Shown: piece by piece, positions 38,279 to 43,279 of the stretch
Position numbering within the stretch: the first letter of the stretch is position 1
Layout: each line of letters begins with the position of its first letter
NCBI GenBank assembly: GCA_003009755.1
Contig: PXUB01000019.1
Location: forward strand, 74,827 to 118,105
Reading direction: 5' to 3'
DNA from: Thermoplasmatales archaeon SW_10_69_26
Lineage (GTDB): Archaea; Thermoplasmatota; SW-10-69-26
DNA: 43,279 nt
Translations under genes and position numbers: made by a program
Notes under the pieces: model-generated
Database searches by the model: none
Seen by the model: the letters and a program-made list of their open reading frames with translations, nothing else
What the model was told of the DNA's origin: nothing

Positions 38279-39541
38279 GTGGGCTGGCGCGCCCTGGCGC
38301 GCTTGGCCGCCGAGGCCCTCCTCGCGCGCCGCACCCGGACGGCGCTCACCGTGCTCGGCATCTTCGTCGGCGTCGCGCTGATCACCTCGCTCGTCGGGAC
38401 CAGCCAGGGCATGGCGAACGCGATCGACGAGGAGTTCTCCCAGGTGGGGCCGACGACGATCGTCGTGCGCTCGACCACCGACCTCGTCGAGCCGCACGAG
38501 ATCCGCGAGGTCGAGGGCATCCAGGGGGTGCAAAGCGTCGTGCCGGTCGTCTCGGCCCAGGGCGAGGTGACGGTGGCCGGCGAGGACCAGGACGTCTCCG
38601 TGATCGGGATCGAGGCCGGCCGCCTCGAGGAGGCCTTGCAGGGCTACGAGCTGGATCGCGGCCGCGATCTGACCAACGCCGGCCAGACGGAGGTCGTCGT
38701 GGGCACGGACCTGGCAACCGCCGGCGGCTCGAGCCCACCGATCGGGGACGTCGGCGACGTCTTCCGCCTCACCGTCACCCAGACCCAGGAGGACGGCGAA
38801 CGCGGCGAGGAGTCGGGCACCTACCGCATCGCGGGCGTCTCGGCCCCGTTCGGCGGCTCGTTCCTCGTCGACGTGGACGGGGGCGTGCTCATGCACGAGC
38901 GGGCCGCCCAGAGCCTGCTCGGCATCGGCAACGACTACAACCAGGTGATCGTGATCGCCGAGGACCGGGCCGCGGTCGATCCGGTCGCCGCCGAGCTCGA
39001 GCAGACCTTCGACGACGAAGCCAACGTCCTGTCGGTCCAGCAGATCGCGAGCACGATCGACAGCGCCGTCGACGCGCTCACCGTGCTCGTCGTCTTCATC
39101 GCGGCCGTGAGCCTCGTCGTCGCGGGCCTAGGCATCGCGAACACGATGCTCGTCAGCGTCATGGAGCGCACCCGGGAGATCGGGGTGTTGCGGGCGCTGG
39201 GGTTCGAGCGCTCGGCGGTGCGGTGGCTGTTCGTGCTCGAGGCCGGGTTGACGGGGTTGATCGGCGGGCTCACCGGCGTGGCGACCGGGGTCGGGTTCAC
39301 CTACCTCATCACGGCCGTGCTCAGCCCGATCGGCGGCGGAGGCCCCGAGGGCCCAGGTGCGCCCGAGGAGGGCCCGCCAGGCGGCGGCGATCCCTCGGGA
39401 TTGGACATCGCGCCGGCGTTGCCGGCCGAGCTGTTGATCGGCGTCGTGGTGTTCGCGACGGTGGTCTCGATCCTGGCCGGGCTCGTGCCGGCTCGCAAGG
39501 CCGCCGACCTGGATCCGGTGGACGCGTTGCGCAGCGAGTAG
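38279..39541 (+). CDS. ABC transporter permease (MacB/FtsX type)
   Basis: RTALTVLGIFVG, GIANTMLVSVMERTREIG, PARKAADLDPVDALR. Confidence 0.94.
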   Translation: MGWRALARLAAEALLARRTRTALTVLGIFVGVALITSLVGTSQGMANAIDEEFSQVGPTTIVVRSTTDLVEPHEIREVEGIQGVQSVVPVVSAQGEVTVAGEDQDVSVIGIEAGRLEEALQGYELDRGRDLTNAGQTEVVVGTDLATAGGSSPPIGDVGDVFRLTVTQTQEDGERGEESGTYRIAGVSAPFGGSFLVDVDGGVLMHERAAQSLLGIGNDYNQVIVIAEDRAAVDPVAAELEQTFDDEANVLSVQQIASTIDSAVDALTVLVVFIAAVSLVVAGLGIANTMLVSVMERTREIGVLRALGFERSAVRWLFVLEAGLTGLIGGLTGVATGVGFTYLITAVLSPIGGGGPEGPGAPEEGPPGGGDPSGLDIAPALPAELLIGVVVFATVVSILAGLVPARKAADLDPVDALRSE

Positions 39542-40540
39542 CTAGATTTCGAGCACGTCGGCGGTGAGCTCGTACTCGACGGCGGCGTTGCCGTAGTTGA
39601 CGACGCGCAGCGTCCAGGTGCCCTCGCCGATCGCGTCCACGTTGGCCTCGTGCAGCGCCAGGCCTTCGTCGGCCTCGGGCGTCACGCTGCGGGCGGCGAC
39701 CTCGCCCGCGGGGTCGAGCAGCTCGAGGTCGATGTCGGCGATCCCGGCGCCTTGCAGGCGCTGGAGGCTGGCGGTGAGGCCGGCGTCGGTCTCGTCGATC
39801 TCGATCTCGTAGGCGTCGGCGGTCGTCTGTTCGTCGGCGCCCAGGGCGTAGGCGCTGCCGGCCAGCGTGCCGGTCTCGTCCACGACCGATATCGGCTGGG
39901 TCTCCTCCACGGTGGTCCCTTCGGCGCTGAGCTCGGCTCGCGCGGGGTGGTCGGTGCCGTTGACGAGGAACTCGATGCGGGTGTCCTCGGCGCTGCCTTG
40001 GCCTTGCACGGGCGCCAGCTTGACCACCGGTTCGACCCCGGCGGGCAAAACGAGCCCGCCCTCGGGGACGGCCAGGTCGGCGCTGACCTCGACGACCTCG
40101 CCCTCCTGCACGGTGTCGGGGCCCCCGACGCTGGCCCACGCCATCGGGGCCTGTTCGGTGCCGAAGTAGACGACGAATTCCGGGAACCCCTGGTCCTGGG
40201 GCCCGGTCGTGGCGGTCGCGGTCTCGGCGGTGTAGAAGAACGTCAGCTCGACGGCGTCGGCGTGTAGGCCGGTCGCGAGCGGCGAGCCCGTCCAGGTGGG
40301 CTGTTCCTCGCCCTGCGCCCACGCGGTGTAGAAGTTGCCGGCGGTCACGCGGGCGGCCTCGCCGCTGGCTTCCCGCGTGGTGAGCTCTTCGTCGCCAGTG
40401 AGGTAGAAGGTGGCCTCGTCCTCGCCGAGGGGGGCTTGCTCGGCTGCGTCGGTGTCGGCCCCCGAGCCGGTCTGGGGGGCCGAGGAGAGGCAGCCGGCGG
40501 TGAGCAACGCCACGGCGAGCAGGACGAGATGGGTCCGCAT
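39542..40540 (-). CDS. Lipoprotein, possible C-terminal PPC-like domain
   Basis: Lipobox LTAGC; DIDLELLDPAG..GTWTLRV. Confidence 0.8.
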   Translation of the reverse strand: MRTHLVLLAVALLTAGCLSSAPQTGSGADTDAAEQAPLGEDEATFYLTGDEELTTREASGEAARVTAGNFYTAWAQGEEQPTWTGSPLATGLHADAVELTFFYTAETATATTGPQDQGFPEFVVYFGTEQAPMAWASVGGPDTVQEGEVVEVSADLAVPEGGLVLPAGVEPVVKLAPVQGQGSAEDTRIEFLVNGTDHPARAELSAEGTTVEETQPISVVDETGTLAGSAYALGADEQTTADAYEIEIDETDAGLTASLQRLQGAGIADIDLELLDPAGEVAARSVTPEADEGLALHEANVDAIGEGTWTLRVVNYGNAAVEYELTADVLEI

Positions 40541-40581
40541 CGGGTTGGGATACGGCTTCGGGCCCTAAAACGGTGGCCGTG

Positions 40582-40971
40582 TCACCGGCGGCCGAGGCTG
40601 GAGAACAGCAGGTGCATCCGCTCGTCGTCCGCCATGGCGCGGATCGCCTCGATACCCTCCTCGCCGCAGGTCCATTCGACCAGCGGCTCCAGCGCGTCGT
40701 CGACCTTGCGAGCCGGATGGTCGGGCGCGGTGGGCGGCTTCCCGGGGCGGTCGGCGGTCCCGTAGGCGACGAGGTCGGCCAGGCGGTCGGTGTCGACCAT
40801 CTCCTCGACGAGCGTGCGGGCCTCTTTCACCGGCATCTCGTCGATCTGTCGCCCTAGCGAGCGGCGGACCGGCTCCGGGTGGTCCTCGCAGGCGATCTCG
40901 AAGAGACCGTCGAGGGCTTGGCGGACCAGCTCGGCGTCCTCGCGTCCCGATGGGGAGGGCACGTCGTGCAC
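40582..40971 (-). CDS. Hypothetical protein (about 129 aa)
   Basis: Acidic helical tail of the 399-aa track ORF; GTG start inferred from AAACTTAC about 30 nt upstream. Confidence 0.6.
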   Translation of the reverse strand: MHDVPSPSGREDAELVRQALDGLFEIACEDHPEPVRRSLGRQIDEMPVKEARTLVEEMVDTDRLADLVAYGTADRPGKPPTAPDHPARKVDDALEPLVEWTCGEEGIEAIRAMADDERMHLLFSSLGRR

Positions 40972-41172
40972 CTGGGAACGTGTGAGCCGTGCGGGGTGAT
41001 GTAAGTTTCGCCCAGCACCGTCGGCGGAGCCTAGCCATCGGTGGGCTCGACGGTGGGGGTGCCCTCCATCGTGGATGGCAAGCACCGGTCGCACTCGAAC
41101 GTGCGGCGGGCCGAGGATGTGAGGCCTCGGCTGACGGTACGTTTTAGCGGGAACAGCGTGTGCCCGTCCTCG

Positions 41173-41592
41173 ATGAACCTCGAACGCCTGGACCACGTCG
41201 GCGTGGCCGTCGAGGACGAGACGCAGGCGCGCGCCGTGCTGGAGGACGTGTTCGGCTGTGCGTCGCCGACGGAGGAGACCGTCGAGGACCAGCGCGTCCG
41301 CACGCTGATCTACCAGCTGGGCGACGCCAAGGTCGAGCTGCTCGTGCCGACGAGCGACGAGAGCCCGATCGCCAAGCACCTGGAGAAGCGGGGCGAGGGC
41401 CTGCACCACGTCGCGTTCGAGGTGGACGACGTCGAGCACGCCATCGAGACGGTGGACGCCTCCGAGCTCGAGATGATCGACGAGGAGCCGCGGACCGGCG
41501 TCGAGGGCAGCGAGATCGCGTTCGTGCACCCGAAGGGGACCTTCGGGACGCTGCTGGAGCTCGTCGCGTTCTCCGGCGGCCGTACCGGCTAG
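41173..41592 (+). CDS. mce: Methylmalonyl-CoA epimerase
   Basis: LDHVGVAV, KVELL, GEGLHHVAFEV, AFVHPK, LLELV. Confidence 0.92.
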   Translation: MNLERLDHVGVAVEDETQARAVLEDVFGCASPTEETVEDQRVRTLIYQLGDAKVELLVPTSDESPIAKHLEKRGEGLHHVAFEVDDVEHAIETVDASELEMIDEEPRTGVEGSEIAFVHPKGTFGTLLELVAFSGGRTG

Positions 41593-41678
41593 CCTGCCGG
41601 ACTCGATGTGCCTACCATCTCGCGCCGGCCTGAGCGAGTCAAGGTCAAAGAGGCCGACGCAGGAAACCCCTCTGCGGG

Positions 41679-43214
41679 TTGTCGATGCAGGCCGACGATG
41701 AGATGGGCCGCTCAGGCCGCCGCCCGAGGGGCCGCCCTCAGCAGGCCGACGCCGACGGGAACGCGGTCGCCGCGCCCGCAAGCGTCGTCGCCGTCGACCT
41801 CGAAAGGCCCTGCGGGCCTTCCGTCGTCTTGGCTCCTAGCTTTCGACCTCCTGAGGGCGGCGAGAGGTACGCAGATAACCGCGACCACGTCCGGGGTGAC
41901 CCCGAGGCCCCGGTCACGCTGGTCATGTACGGGGACTTCGACTGCCCGCATTGTGGCGACGTGTACCCGGTGGTCCAGCAGCTCAGGGAAGCCCTCGGGG
42001 ACGAGCTGGCCGTCGTCTACCGGCACTTCCCGCTCGAGGAGATCCATCCGCGCGCCATCCAGGCGGCAGAGGCGACGGAGGCGGCCGCCGAGCAGGGAGC
42101 CTTCTGGGCCATGCACGACCGTCTCTACGAGCACCAGGACGAGCTCGCGTTCGAGGAGCTCGTGGATCACGCCCGCGCGCTTTCGCTGGATGTCGATCGG
42201 TTCCGGGAGGATCTCGAGCAACGCCGGCATCGCGACCGTGTGCACGCCGACTTCGACGCCGGCCTGGAGACCGGTGTCCACTCGGCGCCCACGTTCTTCA
42301 TCAACGGCGACCTCTACGAGGGGCCCAACCGTTTCGAGGCGATGAGGGCCGCGATCGCGACACGGAGCCCAGGGGCGGCCGCGGTGGGTGCCGGTGCCGC
42401 CGTCGACGGGGGACCCTCGGCTGGGATTCGGGAGGCCATCGACCGGTCGAAGAGCGGCGCGCCCGCGGCCGGCGAGGCCGTGCGCGATCGGTTCTCGGCC
42501 GACGAGATCTTCCAGCGCATCGTGGCCACCGCCGACGAGGAGTTCGCCCGCTCGAACCGCCTGTTGTTCCTGTCCGGTCTGGCCGCCGGCCTGTCGATCA
42601 CCCTGTCGTTCGTGGGCGCTGCCACCCTGGGCGCTGCCGTGCCCGCGAACCTCGCGCGGCCCATCGGTTACCTGCTGTATCCACTCGGGTTCCTCTTCAT
42701 CGTGATGGGTGGCTACCAGCTGTTCACCGAGAACACGTTCACCCCCGTCACGCTCGTGCTTACCCGCATCGCCAGCCTCCCGGCCTTGTTACGGGTGTGG
42801 GGGGTCGTCTTCACAGCGAACATCCTTGGGGCCGCCGGCGGTGGCTACCTGCTGGCGAACACGGGCGTCTTCGGGCCCGAAGCTGCAGCCGTCGCGGCTG
42901 ATCTGGCCCACCACGTGCTCGACCTCTCCTGGAGCGAGCTCTTCTGGAAGGGGGTCATCGCCGGCTGGCTGGTCGCCGGGCTCGTCTGGTTGACCCACGC
43001 CGCCCGCAGCGCGACGGCTCGAGTGCTGTTGATCTTCACCATCATCTACACCGTCGGCGTCGCCGGCTTGGCCCATTCGGTGATCGGCTCGGCCGAGGTG
43101 CTCTACCTCGTCTTCCAGGGGGAGGTCACGATCGCGCGCTTCCTGAGCGGCTTCCTCGTCCCAGCGACGCTCGGCAACACGCGCCCTCGCCCAAAACCCC
43201 AGACTGGCCTCTGA
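41679..43214 (+). CDS. DsbA-like thioredoxin fused to formate/nitrite transporter, C-terminally truncated; start uncertain
   Basis: YGDFDCPHC, YRHFPL, APTFFING; then GYQLFTENT, ANILG, AGWLVA, AHSVIG, ending at LGNT. Confidence 0.82.
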   Translation: MSMQADDEMGRSGRRPRGRPQQADADGNAVAAPASVVAVDLERPCGPSVVLAPSFRPPEGGERYADNRDHVRGDPEAPVTLVMYGDFDCPHCGDVYPVVQQLREALGDELAVVYRHFPLEEIHPRAIQAAEATEAAAEQGAFWAMHDRLYEHQDELAFEELVDHARALSLDVDRFREDLEQRRHRDRVHADFDAGLETGVHSAPTFFINGDLYEGPNRFEAMRAAIATRSPGAAAVGAGAAVDGGPSAGIREAIDRSKSGAPAAGEAVRDRFSADEIFQRIVATADEEFARSNRLLFLSGLAAGLSITLSFVGAATLGAAVPANLARPIGYLLYPLGFLFIVMGGYQLFTENTFTPVTLVLTRIASLPALLRVWGVVFTANILGAAGGGYLLANTGVFGPEAAAVAADLAHHVLDLSWSELFWKGVIAGWLVAGLVWLTHAARSATARVLLIFTIIYTVGVAGLAHSVIGSAEVLYLVFQGEVTIARFLSGFLVPATLGNTRPRPKPQTGL

Positions 43215-43279
43215 TCCGACTCGACCCAGTAGAAACTGATTCGAAGAATAAACGGCGGGTTCGGCGACTTTTGTTTTGA
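43182..43279. mobile_element. Probable end of an insertion sequence or other foreign DNA
   Basis: Abrupt AT increase exactly where FNT similarity stops; no transposase visible in the window. Confidence 0.4.

Noticed and set aside
41031-41069. 12-codon minus-strand ORF MEGTPTVEPTDG
   Set aside because: Too short to support from sequence alone.

Overview
GC-rich archaeal chromosomal window whose real proteins are strongly Asp/Glu-rich, suggesting a salt-in halophile. gatD/gatE, archaeal RFC-S, Cdc6/Orc1 and a CCA-less tRNA mark it as archaeal. The endonuclease IV and membrane-anchored wHTH proteins look Thermoplasmatota-like rather than Halobacteria-like (inference). Most long ORFs in the supplied track are antisense or off-frame shadows; about 40 real CDS were picked by motif and composition. 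Core content: a translation cluster (gatE, gatD, elp3, tRNA-Arg(TCT), THUMP-SPOUT methylase, ileS), rfcS, cdc6, MATE, endonuclease IV, SIS isomerase, APC permease, methylmalonyl-CoA mutase and epimerase, a MarR-ABC operon, several secreted proteins, and a DsbA-FNT fusion cut at the window end. The most unusual items are: (1) an ileS 3' end that appears to have been replaced, with the host-like original left just downstream; (2) two ~300-360 nt multi-hairpin elements behind tRNA-Arg and cdc6, each holding a 14-15 nt copy of the upstream gene's 3' end; (3) a candidate sRNA with two CCUCC motifs between elp3 and gatD; (4) orphan intergenic fragments of housekeeping genes; (5) a frameshifted, catalytically degenerate PD-(D/E)xK protein beside the tRNA; (6) a large-ectodomain transmembrane transcription factor. 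All family calls are from motif recognition by eye; no searches were run.
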